A stretch of DNA of 64,000 nt, taken from contig NIVC01002366.1 in NCBI GenBank assembly GCA_002269645.1, positions 116,251 to 180,250 on the forward strand, read 5' to 3'. Source of the stretch: Macrostomum lignano. Its lineage: Eukaryota. The notes beneath the pieces were generated by a model. It searched no databases. It worked only from the letters and a program-made list of their open reading frames with translations, and was not told the origin of the DNA. The stretch's first letter is position 1, and the number at the start of each line of letters is the position of its first letter. Made by a program: the position numbers and the translations under genes. Shown one piece after another: positions 36,365-48,751 of the stretch.

Positions 36365-37245
36365 CCCTCCTCCCCTGCCTCCTCCGCTGCCTCTACTGCC
36401 TCCTCCGCTGCCTCTACTGCCTCCTCCTCTGCCTCTACTGCCTCCTCTGCCTCTACTGCCTCCTCTGCCTCTACTGCCTCCTCTGCCTCTACTGCCTCCT
36501 CCCCTGCCTCTACTGCCTCCTCCCCTGCCTCCTCCGCTGCCTCCTCCGCTGCCTCTACTGCCTCCTCCGCTGCCTCCTCCGCTGCCTCTACTGCCTCCTC
36601 CGCTGCCTCCTCCCCTGCCTCCTCCGCTGCCTCCTCCGCTGCCTCTACTGCCTCCTCCGCTGCCTCTACTGCCTCCTCTGCCTCTACTGCCTCCTCCTCT
36701 GCCTCTACTGCCTCCTCTGCCTCTACTGCCTCCTCCTCTGCCTCTACTGCCTCCTCCTCTGCCTCTACTGCCTCCTCCGCTGCCTCTACTGCCTCCTCTG
36801 CCTCTACTGCCTCCTCCTCTGCCTCTACTGCCTCCTCTGCCTCTACTGCCTCCTCCTCTGCCTCTACTGCCTCCTCCGCTGCCTCTACTGCCTCCTCCGC
36901 TGCCTCTACTGCCTCCTCCGCTGCCTCTACTGCCTCCTCCTCTGCCTCTACTGCCTCCTCCGCTGCCTCTACTGCCTCCTCTGCCTCTACTGCCTCCTCC
37001 TCTGCCTCTACTGCCTCCTCCCCTGCCTCCTCCGCTGCCTCCTCCGCTGCCTCTACTGCCTCCTCCGCTGCCTCCTCCGCTGCCTCTACTGCCTCCTCCG
37101 CTGCCTCTACTGCCTCCTCCGCTGCCTCTACTGCCTCATCCGCTGCCTCCTCCGCTGCCTCCTCCACTGCCTCCCCCGCTGCCTCCTCCACTGCCTCCTC
37201 CGCTGCCTCTACTGCCTCCTCCGCTGCCTCCTCCGCTGCCACTGC
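36365..37245. repeat. Complex CCT/GCCTCCTCT/GCCTCTACT low-complexity array between PLA2-C and PLA2-B
   Basis: Direct reading; it explains the poly-EA, poly-SA and poly-PL ORFs. Confidence 0.95.
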
Positions 37246-37619
37246 CACAAAGTCACAAGAAACAGCAACAATGTATTTTTCTTTTTATTTCCATCACTCA
37301 TCAGATGGTACTCATAGTAATTAGCGCAGGCTGACAAAGTTGCGCTTGTTCTTCGGCTGGTTTTTGAGCAGCTGATCAATCGGTATCGTCTGCGGTAGCT
37401 GCATGAGCCGCTCGGTTGGCTGGTCCTCGAACTTGGCGCAGCTGCCAGAGATGAACCGCCGCATGCAGACCTGCCGCTGCACCAGAGCAAAGCAGGGCAC
37501 CCGCAGCGTCACCCACAAGTAGCGGTACATACTGTCTGCTTGGGAATCCTTTGACGCCTTCAGGTACCGCAGGAAACTGTCGGTGAGGGAGAGCGCGATA
37601 TCTTTTACTGGATCTAGGT

Positions 37620-37965
37620 GAGATTTCTTCAGTAGGATCAAATCCCAATGGGATGTCTCCAGTAGGATCAGATCCCAGTGGGATGTCTTGAGTAGGATCA
37701 GATCCCAGTGGGATGTCTTGAGTAGGATCAGATCCCATTGGGATGTCTTCAGTAGGATCAGATCCCATTGGGATTTCTTCAGTAGGATCAGATCCCATTG
37801 GAATGTCTTCAGTAGGATCATATCCCATTGGGATGTCTTCAGTAGGATCAGATCCCAGTGGAATTTCTTCAGTAGGATCAGATCCCATTGGAATGTCTTC
37901 AGTAGGATCAGATCCCATTGGGATGTCTTCAGTGGGATGTCCCCAGTCAGATCAGATCCCAGTGG
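37620..37965. repeat. 30-bp minisatellite in PLA2-C intron 2
   Basis: Unit CTTCAGTAGGATCAGATCCCATTGGGATGT. Confidence 0.95.
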
Positions 37966-38304
37966 GATGTTTCAGAGAGCAGGTTTTCAAATGCAATCTA
38001 AGGCACTAAGGAACTCTAATTTAATGCACTACATGTATCCAGAACATCTCACACATGTCGCACCCGCAGCGTGACAGGGTGAACCAAAAGTGATTGTAAA
38101 ATTTGTACTTAGTCTCGTGGCTGTGGATCTGCACCGAGTAGTAGTCGTGCTCAGGTTGTCAAAAAACTCCTATATTACTTGAAATATAGCAACATATTTC
38201 ATACTACAATATACTTCAGCAATATTTCCTGAAATATGAAGACTTGTCACGTGGGGTTGAACTTCAGGGCACCTCTTGTTCCTTATTGAGGCTCTCTTAC
38301 TGAA

Positions 38305-38735
38305 TACCCCTACTCGCTATGAGGCTCTAGTGTGCACCCCTGCCCGCTATGAGGCTCTAGTGTGCACCCCTGCCCGCTATGAGGCTCTAGTGTGCACCCC
38401 TGCCCGCTATGAGGCTCTAGTGTGCACCCCTGCCGGCTATGAGGCTCTAGTGTGCACCCCTGCCGGCTATGAGGCTCTAGTGTGCACCCCTGCCCGCTAT
38501 GAGGCTCTAGTGTGCACCCCTGCCCGCTATGAGGCTCTAGTGTGCACCCCTGCCCGCTATGAGGCTCTAGTGTGCACCCCTGCCCGCTATGAGGCTCTAG
38601 TGTGCACCCCTGCCCGCTATGAGGCTCTAGTGTGCACCCCTGCCCGCTATGAGGCTCTAGTGTGCACCCCTGCCCGCTATGAGGCTCTAGTGTGCACCCC
38701 TATGAGGCTCCGCTATGAGGCTCTTGTGTGCACCC
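38305..38735. repeat. 30-bp minisatellite in PLA2-C intron 1
   Basis: Unit CCCTGCCCGCTATGAGGCTCTAGTGTGCAC, about 14 copies. Confidence 0.96.
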
Positions 38736-39492
38736 CTGCCATCACGGTACTTCAAAGTGCCGAGTTTCTCACCCGCCCCGCACCACTTGGTGCCGCTGTG
38801 GATGAACAGGCTGGCATCCTTCGCCCCGGAGGCCATGCAGCGGCATGGATTAGTTATAGTAAATGATTCAATTGGTGCCACTGCTATCAAGCAGAGCCTC
38901 AGTTCCACCAGCCGATCCTGCAACTAAAATGCCATTCAAGAACCATCAGCTTTTTTAATAAATCTACAAAGTCAAAATTTTACCCGGATGACAAAATGGC
39001 TTTTCGGAGTGGTTCAAATGATGATTATTATGTTCCAATTTTACGTTAATCTTCTATAACGGAGTATCAATAATTTTGTGGATACTTTGTCTTGAAAAGC
39101 GGTTAGTTTTCACCTCAATTTGTTAGTCAGCTTAAAGCGATTACGAATTTAATTTATTTTGTTATTGCAATTTTTAACACAATTTTGTGACATTCATTCA
39201 TCGATGATGCGAAAACTGTGTGGCTTGTTTGCTCAGTTCACTCACAAGAGCCAAGACTACTGTGAGTAGTCTAGTGCCTGAATTCTTCACTTATTAGTAT
39301 ACATTGCGGAAAGCTTGCTGTAAGTAAATGCGAGCGAAATCCTCCGTCTGCATCTGTTGCCAAGGAGCTCAGCTCGGGTCTCTCGGGAGCCTGTATAGGG
39401 GAATGAAAACTGCTTCTCGAATCCAGGTGCTAATGCCAGTGAACAAGCCTATGCTGATTATCAGGTGACAAAACCAGACTGGAGCTGGCAGT

Positions 39493-40997
39493 TCAGCTAA
39501 TGGCGCAGGTCGAACCCCCGCTGCCGCCTCCGCTGCCGCCTCCGGAGCCGTGGCCGAGCACCTGCAGCTGGTACACCAGGCCGTTCTTGGCCAGGTACAC
39601 AGTGCCGCTCCGCTCCCTGTCCGAGCACAGAGCGGTGACGCCCTCGTTGTCCTTGTGGCAGACCCGCTGGCACTCGGGCACCCAGCCCTGGCTGGAGGCC
39701 CCGGGCACCCGCCGGGTCCAGTACAGCACGTACAGCGAGCCCTCCTGGCTGGCCGCGTTCACCGTCAGCAGGCGGCCCTCGCTCAGGCCGAGCAGCTGGC
39801 TGGGCATCAGGCGTTCGAACCGCCAGGCGGACGGCTTCAGCCAGGAGTTCACCTCGCCAATTCCTTTGGGATCGTGGGAGCGCATGGAGAGCAGGAAGCC
39901 GCCGTTGCCGCCCCACTGGCCGGAGACCCACGTCTCGTTTGAGTCCCAGCAGCACGAGATCTGCGGTTGGTTTAACGGGTTAGTACAGGGATAAGTTGCC
40001 TCGTCCTGCATCAGGGACATTCTCAAAATACTACAGAGCTGCTTCTCGGACTCGGATAGAGTGAGGGAGCATCGGATCTCAAACGTTTATCAAAGGTTGC
40101 ATTTTAAAGCAAATGCGATCAAGCCCTTAGAAATATGAATGACTGACCCTTGAAGTCCTCAAACCCGCTCACCTGTTTAGGAATCTTGTCCCAATCGATG
40201 TCCAGGTGGAACAGATGCTTCAAATCGCTGCTGAGCTTCACAATCCGACTGATGGCCTTGCGCTGGCCGCAGTAGCACAGGAAGATGCCGCCAGACTGGT
40301 CGAAGTCGAAGCCGCTCACGTGACCGTCATTGTAGACCTTGTAGCTGAGCAGCTGGCCCATGGAGTTGGTCATGACCAGGCAGCCAGCGGTGAGCTCAGA
40401 GGCCTCGAGCACCAGGTTGCCGGAGGCGTACATCAGGTCGCGGGTCTGCAGGCGCACGCAGCTGATCCGGAAGTCGCTGTAGCCGCTCGGCAGCACCCGG
40501 AAGCTGCGTCGACAGCGCAGCCGGCCGGCGCCACCGCCGCCGCCAGACGAAGAGAAGGAGGCTGAGGATGACGCAGAGGCGGCGGTTGAGGCGGAGTTGA
40601 GCAGTTCGAACAGGTACACGAAGTAGCCGTCCGTCACAGCGAGGCAGTCGTCCTTGGCGGCCATGCTCACCACCGGGGAGCGCACAATTGGTGCCAGGTC
40701 GCTGAGCACGGTGAGCTGCACGGGCAGGCAGAGGCTCTCGTCGAAAACGAATCGCGGCTCGTCTTTGACGTCGCAGAAGCTGAAGCCGTCGCTGCAGAGC
40801 TGCATCATCAGCTGGCTGCGCTCGTCCTGCTCGTCCTGCAGCTCCTGCAGCCTCTGCTCACTGATGTCGTCTTCGTCCTCGACACACGGCGGCGCTGCAG
40901 CTCCATCGTCATAGTCGAATCCGCTGCAGCCGCCTACGTCGCGAGAGAGTCCCAGCAGGTCGGCGCCCGCGTACGGGCAGCGGCGCGACTCTGGAAG
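39493..40997 (-). CDS. Uncharacterised protein, putative beta-propeller, C-terminal CaaX-like CAIS; 5' exon(s) not located
   Basis: Two large GC-rich exons (40997-40173, 39960-39493) with canonical sites and phase 0 joins. An acidic region is followed by repeated beta-rich blade-like segments (VVSMAAKDDCLAVTDG, HVSGFDFDQSGGIFLCY, GVTALCSDRERSGTVYLAK) and a Gly/Ser linker. Confidence 0.7.
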
Positions 40998-43900
40998 CTG
41001 CGAGGTGGCAGGGAAGGGGAGAACTGACGGTTGAGCTCATGCAGTGGCTGCTGATTCTGGTAGTTGGGTGAATTGGGGCTTGCCATGCGATTCCCCAAGG
41101 CACAGAGAAAGTCAGGGCCGCTGTACACCCTGTGTGAGCGCGTGTGAGTGCGTGCCTGTGTACTGTATTGGTGCGCTTGTCTGTGCTCAGAAGTCTCACG
41201 AGAGGAATGGGCGGAATCGCCTCAGCGCTGGTAGGGGAAGGTAGCTTGTATTTTCTATTTATACGTGCAGGTCGGTAGAAAAGGTAGTGCGTGAGCACAC
41301 TTGGTGAGGCCCAGCTTAGCGGTTGAGTCCGCCTGTCGAATATTGAAATATTAATAAATCAGACTCGAGCTCCGAGTCTTCAAGTCACGAAACTGGGAAT
41401 CCGTCTTCGTAGTGAGTCGATCTGCTTGACTGAACAAATTTCTCACTCGTGAACATACTACTGACTTATGAGTAGCATCCGTCGTCCGGCTTTATCGGCG
41501 TGTTTCAAAACTGGCAGGCAAGTCTGATTACGCAGGGCTCCACCGCTCCGACATCAATTCGCCCTAATGAGCGGCAGCAGCGACGGGGGAGTTGGAAACA
41601 GGGCCTCTGCATCTCGTTGAGCCCCCCATTGTGGTACTGCAGAGAGCAGAAAACATGCAAATTTCTGCTTATTGACAGACTCGAGAGCAACGCTTCCCGC
41701 CCCATCATCGCGGATTACGCAAGTGTCTCCTTCGATTAGCGCCGCGCGTCGGCCCGCAGCCAGTTGGCAAGTTTTAATGGACAACTCAGCGCTATCAGCT
41801 CAAAAAAGCACTTTAGCCTGTCAACATCAATTTGACTGGGGCGGAGGGCATCGGAGAGAGCTCTGTGACAGCCGCGCACTGCTCGAACTGCGGGGGAGAG
41901 CCTCTGAAACAGTGGAGCGAACTGAGCTGCTACGGAGTGAGTCAGCGGGAGCAGCCCAGTTCTGCCACCTCGCCTGGGCCTCGGGAGGCTCAAAATGAAA
42001 TTTATGGCGAGGCACCATGGACGGATGGAGATGGAGCGGGGGCGCTGCGATCCCCCAGGGAGACGGATCTGCATGCGGCTGCCGGTGCGCTTTGTTGCGG
42101 CCGGCCGCCATATTTTCAGCATTTTTACATTTTCTGCGTCTTTCTCAGTCCGTTTTTTTGAAACCCCCAGGCGCCGCCACGCAGTGAGCAAGGAGGCGGG
42201 GGCTGATGCTGGAGGCTGGGATGCAGAATGATTCATGGCAGCGATTAGGCCGCGAGTTTCATTTTCATTTTCGCCCACTCCAGGCCGTCCGTCAGGACTC
42301 CGCGGGGGCCCTGCATCTCTAAATCTATCTTCTTTCCAGTCGGGTCACCCCCCCTCTATCTCTGGTTATTATTTCTGGACTGAGCCTGGCTGGCCAATTT
42401 CAATTCTCCATTTTTTCGCCATCGAGCCGGCCGCCGCCGCAGCCATTTTTTGTCCCGGGAGAGACGCGGAGGGAGGCTGCGGCGGCGCGATATGATCCGG
42501 CGTGCAGTGAGCAGAGACTCAGCTGAGTTCCAGAGTAGAGCTCGGCTTAAGTACGCCTGTCTCTGGCAGCTGAGATGCCCCACAAGTAGCCGTCCCAGAT
42601 CCCAGCGACTGGGACATGCCGACATTCGGGGGGAGGCAGAGCATAAATTATGACAAGGCAGCTCGAAGCGACTTTAGTTAATCCTCAACTGAGCGTTGGG
42701 TGACTGGCCGCCTCTGCGGCTGGACTCGAGCTGCTCATAGAATGTTCAATATGACTCCGTCAGCTCGGGGAGACTTCTTGAGACTTCTTGTTTTAAAAAA
42801 AAATCTGAGCACATGAACAGCAGGGATAGAAGGACTCAGCATGTGCACTCGGTTTTCTAAGAAATGCACCGGATGCCGGTACGGAAGGCATATTTGTCAT
42901 ATCGCCAGTGCATTTTCCTGCTCTCAGAAATCGGATTTGTCTATGGCAGAACCCCATTTCTCAGCGCTATGTGGCCTCTAGCTCGTTTCTAAGAAAACCC
43001 ACTGTAAGCGTCCTGCTACGTCAGTCTTCCATGTCTTGCCAATTATTTAAAGACATGAAAAGTACAATACCAACTCGAAGACTTGGAGAGACAGTTTCCT
43101 ATATAAGCTTCATCGCGATTTCTAGCACAGGTGGCCCGAAGTTATGACCCACCTTCACTCTCCGTTCAAAGCATAGGAGGGTACAAGAACGGGAGCGGTC
43201 TGGCCAACAGGCCCGCCTCGTTGTCCATGGCTGCCGGCAGCACCGCGGATTAGCCGGTCGTCATAAAGAAAGCCCGATTAATCTTGATCCGGGCCTGGGG
43301 ACGCTAATGGAAAGGTCTGATATTCGTGTTCCCCCCTGAACTCCCAAGTCTAGCGGACGGCCTGCCTGCCCCAAACCTCGGATCGGGCCTTTGCTCCTGT
43401 CCCCGGGCATTCCGCCCCCCCCCGTCACTCCTATCGATTTCTCTTCGAGCCATCAAGGATATAGAAAGGAAAAATCGATCACTTACCATGGACCAACACT
43501 TGACCCCCTTAGCGCAGTTTGCAAGCAGAGAAGTCGCTCCGTTTGTCGGCAATAAGCAGCGGTTTTCACAGGCGCAGGCCAGGCGGAGCGGCTTTCGGAA
43601 GTCACGAACTGCCGGCTCAAATATTCAAATATTCCCAGTCGGGCAGTAGGAGACGGCAGCGAGAGAGCACTGCGGGCTGGGCGTCCGGGCTGCGGCCGGG
43701 CTATATGGGGGAGCGGGGGGGCCAAAATCGATGGGCCTCGGCTGGGCTGGCCGGATTCTGGGCAGGGGGGGGGGAGATGAGGAACGGACGCCAATCAGAT
43801 GGCGCCGGTTTAATCAGGGAGAAAGAGAGACAGAGTATGTGGTGCGAGAGAAGCTCGGTCTCGCTCCGCGGCAGCAACTCGGTCAAATCTGGGCCAGCGG

Positions 43901-45049
43901 CAGCTCCCCAGATCCCTATTAATCTGCGGGATTGGAACTGAAAGCCCCCCCCCACCCTGCCGCCCTGTTGCAGTGCGGAAGACGGCATGCCGGATCTTCG
44001 GTCCAATTTCTCAGATTACGCCAACGGGTGCCGAAGGGGGGGGCGGCGGGGCGATGCTTGGATGAGGATTTACTTCCTAATCTTTGGGATGAAAGAGATT
44101 GCTGGTGAAGAAATGAAAGCCTTCTACAGCCAGCTTGAGCTCCTCCGGAACTGCAGGATGATTCAAATGGAAGCTGTAAACGATTCTCACCAGCCCGCGA
44201 ATCAATAAAGTTCAAATGCTGTCGGGTTACATGTGTACAGGAACATGTAAAATGCTCAAAGTCTGCAGTTGAAATACCTGAACTTTCTGGATGCCTTCGA
44301 CTGGAGTCAAGTATGCTCAGACTCACAGCTAGCTCAGAGCTGCTGCCCTACCACAGCAGTTACGCTAGTGCTAACCGCAGCCAACATTTGCTTAGCTCTG
44401 CCAGTGCTGGCGGTGAATTCTCTTAACCAGTAGGCTAGCGACCCCTCACAAGCGAACCTGCAGAGAGTTGAATTTTAACGATATCTACTTGTGCAGAAGC
44501 CCGTCGGTTGCATTGGGCCAAGGCTGATTAAATGTCTACAATATACTTCATTGCGCTGCTGCCGAATCGATCTGGGAATTCGCTGCCGCCGCTGCCGCCG
44601 CTGCCGCCACTACCCAGTCGACCCGAAACTCGGGCAAAACACTGAGAGAGGGGGAGAGAGAGCTGAGAGCGGTCCTGGGCTGGGGGGGGGGGTTGAGATG
44701 GTCTGAGCAAGAAAGCGAGGGCTGACAGGCGCGGCTAAAATAAGATTTACGATCAACCGCCAAGACGCCTCCGACTCGCCGACGGCTCCTTAGGAGAACT
44801 GCTCGATTACTTTGGGCTGAGTAAAGTGATGTTGCATAATAAACTCCATAAACTCTGCCATTCCCTACTGGCTGCATTCAACCTTTGAGCATTGACTTAT
44901 AGCATTGAGTGAGTGTAAACATTATTATTCGCGTTCACAACACTTTTAGAAACCAGTAAAATACATGCGTACGAGCCTGTGGGTGCAGCGACAGTCACGT
45001 GACATTTTGGGATTTATTGGTCTGTGGCAAGCTGTGAGACACCACCTAT

Positions 45050-45790
45050 CCTAGAGTTGCCGGCACCCGATCACAGAGCTGGGTGAGGAACATTAGCCCC
45101 ATTCTAGCTTGTACACCCGGAGTTGCCGGCACCCAATCACAGAGCTGGGTGAGGAATATTAGCCCCATTCTAGCTTGTACACCCGGAGTTGCCGGCACCC
45201 AATCACAGAGCTGGGTGAGGAACATTAGCCCCATTCTAGCTTGTACACCCGGAGTTGCCGGCACCCAATCACAGAGCTGGGTGAGGAACATTAGCCCCAT
45301 TCTAGCTTGTACACCCGGAGTTGCCGGCACCCAATCACAGAGCTGGGTGAGGAACATTAGCCCCATTCTAGCTTGTACACCCGGAGTTGCCGGCACCCAA
45401 TCACAGAGCTGGGTGAGGAACATTATCCCCATTCTAGCTTGTACACCCGGAGTTGCCGGCACCCAATCACAGAGCTGGGTGAGGAACATTAGCCCCATTC
45501 TAGCTTGTACACCCGGAGTTGCCGGCACCCAATCACAGAGCTGGGTGAGGAACATTAGCCCCATTCTAGCTTGTACACCCGGAGTTGCCGGCACCCAATC
45601 ACAGAGCTGGGTGAGGAACATTAGCCCCATTCTAGCTTGTACACCCGGAGTTGCCGGCACCCAATCACAGAGCTGGGTGAGTAATATTATCCCCATTCTA
45701 GCTTGTACACCCGGAGTTGCCGGCACCCAATCACAGAGCTGGGTGAGGAACATAGCCCCATTCTAGCTTGTACATCCGGAGTTGCCGGCA
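45050..45790. repeat. 66-bp minisatellite, about 11 copies
   Basis: The ORFs have a 22-aa period; the unit includes GGCACCCAATCACAGAGCTGGGTGAGGAACATTAGCCCCATTCTAGCTTGTACACCCGGAGTTGCC. Confidence 0.96.
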
Positions 45791-47138
45791 GGATCAAGTC
45801 ACAGTGTCAGGAGCTTAAACTGCATTTCATATTTACACACATTTCATACAATTGTACCTGAATTTTGTGTTCACATATAGTTATTTGCGATTCTTGAAGC
45901 GCTTACTAATGTAGAATTTGCTCTGTTGCATTGAAACCACTGCGCACACCCTTCAAAGGCTGAAAAGGTGCACTGCTTAAAAGCAGGGAGATGGTGGCTA
46001 ATTACTGAGTGGTGGTGAGCCTCTCTGTCTCTTTCTTTCTTCAAGCCTTCCCGTCGCTTTAGGCTCCCTCAGAGGTTTGGTGAATAATTGCATTAGCGTC
46101 CTGCAGCAGCTCTCTACACTGCAGTCCGTGGCTATCCGGTCCCGCTATCTCTGTCTTCCCGCACCGCCCCGGCTCCCGAATTCTTCACAATTCAGCACTC
46201 CCTGTAGCCCACCCAGCGCTCGCTGGAGCGGAATGGGCCCAGGTCCACGCTGGGATTAGTAACAGGCGTCAGCCAGAAAGATCCTGGCGCGAACAAGATC
46301 CGAAGCTGCGCTATCCGCCGCCGTCATCTTCTTTTCTTTGCCGGTAATTCCCGGTATTTTTGGCGCTTTACAAGCCTAGAATTTATGAGGCCCGCCCGAT
46401 CTTTACAGAAGCTGCCGTCTGAAGCCAAATGTTCAGGGCCTTCGGTCTGCTGCTGCTGCTGCTGCAAGAAATGACAGACAGATTTCTTTTGGCAAAGTTC
46501 TGGACAATTTCCTTTTTTAAAGTGGTTTCTTTAAACCAGCTGCTGTCAGAGAACTGCTTAGCAAAGAAGTTAAGAAATGCACGGAATGATGAGGCGCCGG
46601 CTTCAGCCAGCAGCAGGCAGTCAAAACGCCAAGTACGCCGTGTGCAGCGGCGGCATTCACCGGCTGTGGGCAGTAGGACTCGGCGCCGACAGCGCAACAG
46701 GTCGTGTTTGGACGGCCCGGTTCGGTCTTGAAGGCCGAAGGCCGACAAGATGCCAGGCGCTCCGTGGCGTTAGCAATGCAGTCGCTGGCGTGACCTCACG
46801 GAGGGGATTCCAACTACAAATCTGACGAATTCTATATTCAAAAATCAGGCAGTCCAACCGGTCGGAGAAAACAGTGTCGATTTACTGTAGAACAGACCCC
46901 AAACAGTGTAGCTTGCATTTATTATAGGTATAGTTCGCAATCAAGAACTCAAGAGCTTCAGAACTCCAGTAAAAAGTCTGTCTCCTTACTCAAGTGTCGC
47001 TGAAATTATAATGACGCAAACTTTTAACAAAACTTTTATATTGTATTTTGCATAAGCTGCCAAACTGAGTTTGTGAACCAAGAATTGAAAACGTAAACAA
47101 CATAACTTTGTGCGGCGTGCTGCAAAACCCCCATTCCT

Positions 47139-47942
47139 CTATGACCGCATTCTCGGCATTGTCTCAAACGGATGGCCAATCGAGGCCTTCTGCAACTCTG
47201 TGATGAGATCGTGCAGCACGGGAGGCTGGCCGCAGTACCACAAAGAGTAGACCAGCTGCCCGTTGATCCACACCTCTAGCACGTCCTTGATGGGCACCAT
47301 CACCATGTTGAATTTGATCCGACCGATCAGCTGGCTCGTGGCCTGATTCACCAACCGCTTGAAGATGCTGGTGTGCTCCTGATCACTGTAGATGAAGCAG
47401 CATTGCACCTTGCTGAGCTCGCGCTCTTCCACTCTCTTGTCGGCGATCGTCCTCTCGATGATGCCCAACAGAGCGTCCGCCTGCGGAAAGACGCCCTCGA
47501 TGATTCGGCTGAATACGAGCCGCTCGGACTTGCTGGAGGACGTGATGCCGATGTAGACGTCAAACCCGGCATTGGTCGGGCCCTCCTTTCGCCGAACGTC
47601 CACCAGCTTGCCGAACCTCTGCCGGATAATGAACTCCAACTTGTTGTAGTGTTGCACGTGGCTCTTGTAGAGATCTTGCAGACAGAAGGTCACAAGCACC
47701 AGGCTGGTCTTGTCCGAACCGCCGCTGTACTTTTCATTGAGGGACTCGCCATGGATTACGGTGGAGTTAGTTGAAGTCAGCGAATCCGTCGACGTTTGTG
47801 AGTAGGATTTCTCTTCACTGGAAAACGGACACAGCGAGTCTACTGATTTCCGAGCATTGTCATCTCTGTCACTGAATTGCGGAGCTTGTGATATCCGGGT
47901 TTTTCTTTTGCCACGTCTAAGCGGCGGATTCGGATTCTCCAT
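47139..47942 (-). CDS. Intronless 267-aa protein with two apparent Rdx-family (SelW/SelT/MIEN1-like thioredoxin-fold) domains lacking CxxC/CxxU
   Basis: Domain 1: VTFCLQDLY...KLEFIIRQRFGKLVDV...GFDVYIG...LVFSRIIEGVFP. Domain 2: CFIYSDQEH...FKRLVNQ...LEVWINGQLVYS...PP...DLITEL. Both follow the Rdx pattern V.Y(C)..(C)gY...L...F...GxFEV.VNG.LVxS...GxFP. Recognised by eye only. Confidence 0.65.
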   Translation of the reverse strand: MENPNPPLRRGKRKTRISQAPQFSDRDDNARKSVDSLCPFSSEEKSYSQTSTDSLTSTNSTVIHGESLNEKYSGGSDKTSLVLVTFCLQDLYKSHVQHYNKLEFIIRQRFGKLVDVRRKEGPTNAGFDVYIGITSSSKSERLVFSRIIEGVFPQADALLGIIERTIADKRVEERELSKVQCCFIYSDQEHTSIFKRLVNQATSQLIGRIKFNMVMVPIKDVLEVWINGQLVYSLWYCGQPPVLHDLITELQKASIGHPFETMPRMRS

Positions 47943-48751
47943 GCTAGTATGGCAAGTGCCACTCGCATTGCTACTTAGTGGTAGAATTACTCACTTTGTT
48001 AATTCGCGGCGCTTGCCAGTAATAAGCTAATCACTGGGTCTCGAGACAGATGGCAAACGAAAAAGGCTTGTCTTCAAAGCGTGTTCTATGGCCCAGCCTT
48101 ATACGGGCGTCATACTAGCCCCATATCATTCACTAACGCGATGATCGACCGCGATACGACGCTATGAGCAGCGCTCGGTGTCGCCACGCCAGTCACCACG
48201 GCATGTGGGACTACGAAAATGACTATTTTTATTTATTTCAGAAAATTAGCTGCACGTAACGAATCTGAGTCGTTTCGCCGAAAAAATCTTCGCAGAAAGT
48301 CGTTTTCTCAATAAGTACGAGAGTACGAAAGGTTTTGCTCTAGATAAATTAGCGTTTTCTCTTGTCTTTGACAAACAAGGGGCAACAACTATATATTGCT
48401 GCGTATCTAATGATATGCCGTCGCTCTTGTTTTTTGGAGCAGTGGAGCGAAAGATGTGTTTGATTTTTTTCAACAGCCAATATTTTTAGACGTCGACAAT
48501 GATGGCAAGTCAATTAGCATGCTGTGTCTACAATCTGAACGACCGTGCCTGCTAAAGACCGCTCGACTGCGATTACGACTACCCTCCCCCCGGAATTGAG
48601 GACCCGGCAGACGGAGCATCAAAGGAGAAAAGCGACCCGATTCAGTTTGTGAAATTTTCCGGCTTTACGGTCGCCGAGATAACGCAGGCGGCGATTCAAA
48701 GTTAGAATCCGCCCCGCCACAGAACACCAAACTAAGCAGGGATATACAGCC

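Larger units (their letters stand above)
37321..38917 (-). pseudogene. Group III PLA2 paralogue (PLA2-C) with the active-site region deleted
   Basis: Exons ~38917-38773 (FIHSGTKWCGAG), ~38228-38055 (GNIAE...FFDNL/EHDYYSVQI...TLSRCGCD) and 37576-37321 (FLRYLKASKD...PCF...). The G..TDxCCR segment is absent with a frameshift, and two conserved Cys read Tyr. Confidence 0.75.

Noticed and set aside
36208-37334. Long Glu/Ala-, Ser/Ala- and Pro/Leu-rich ORFs of 336-363 aa
   Set aside because: They are stop-free frames of a CCT-based low-complexity array lying between two genes, with no splice support.
37376-37918. EDIPMGSDPT repeat ORF apparently extending PLA2-C
   Set aside because: It is an intronic 30-bp array upstream of the exon 3 acceptor at 37576.
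41500-44330. Many overlapping 60-180 aa ORFs
   Set aside because: They are expected in GC-rich sequence and show no domain signal. One candidate exon (~41535-41636, minus) is unverified.
45046-45766. 235-aa and 227-aa repeat ORFs
   Set aside because: They are translations of the 66-bp array, whose unit length is a multiple of 3.
47139-47942. Possible selenoprotein
   Set aside because: There is no in-frame TGA at either Rdx motif position.
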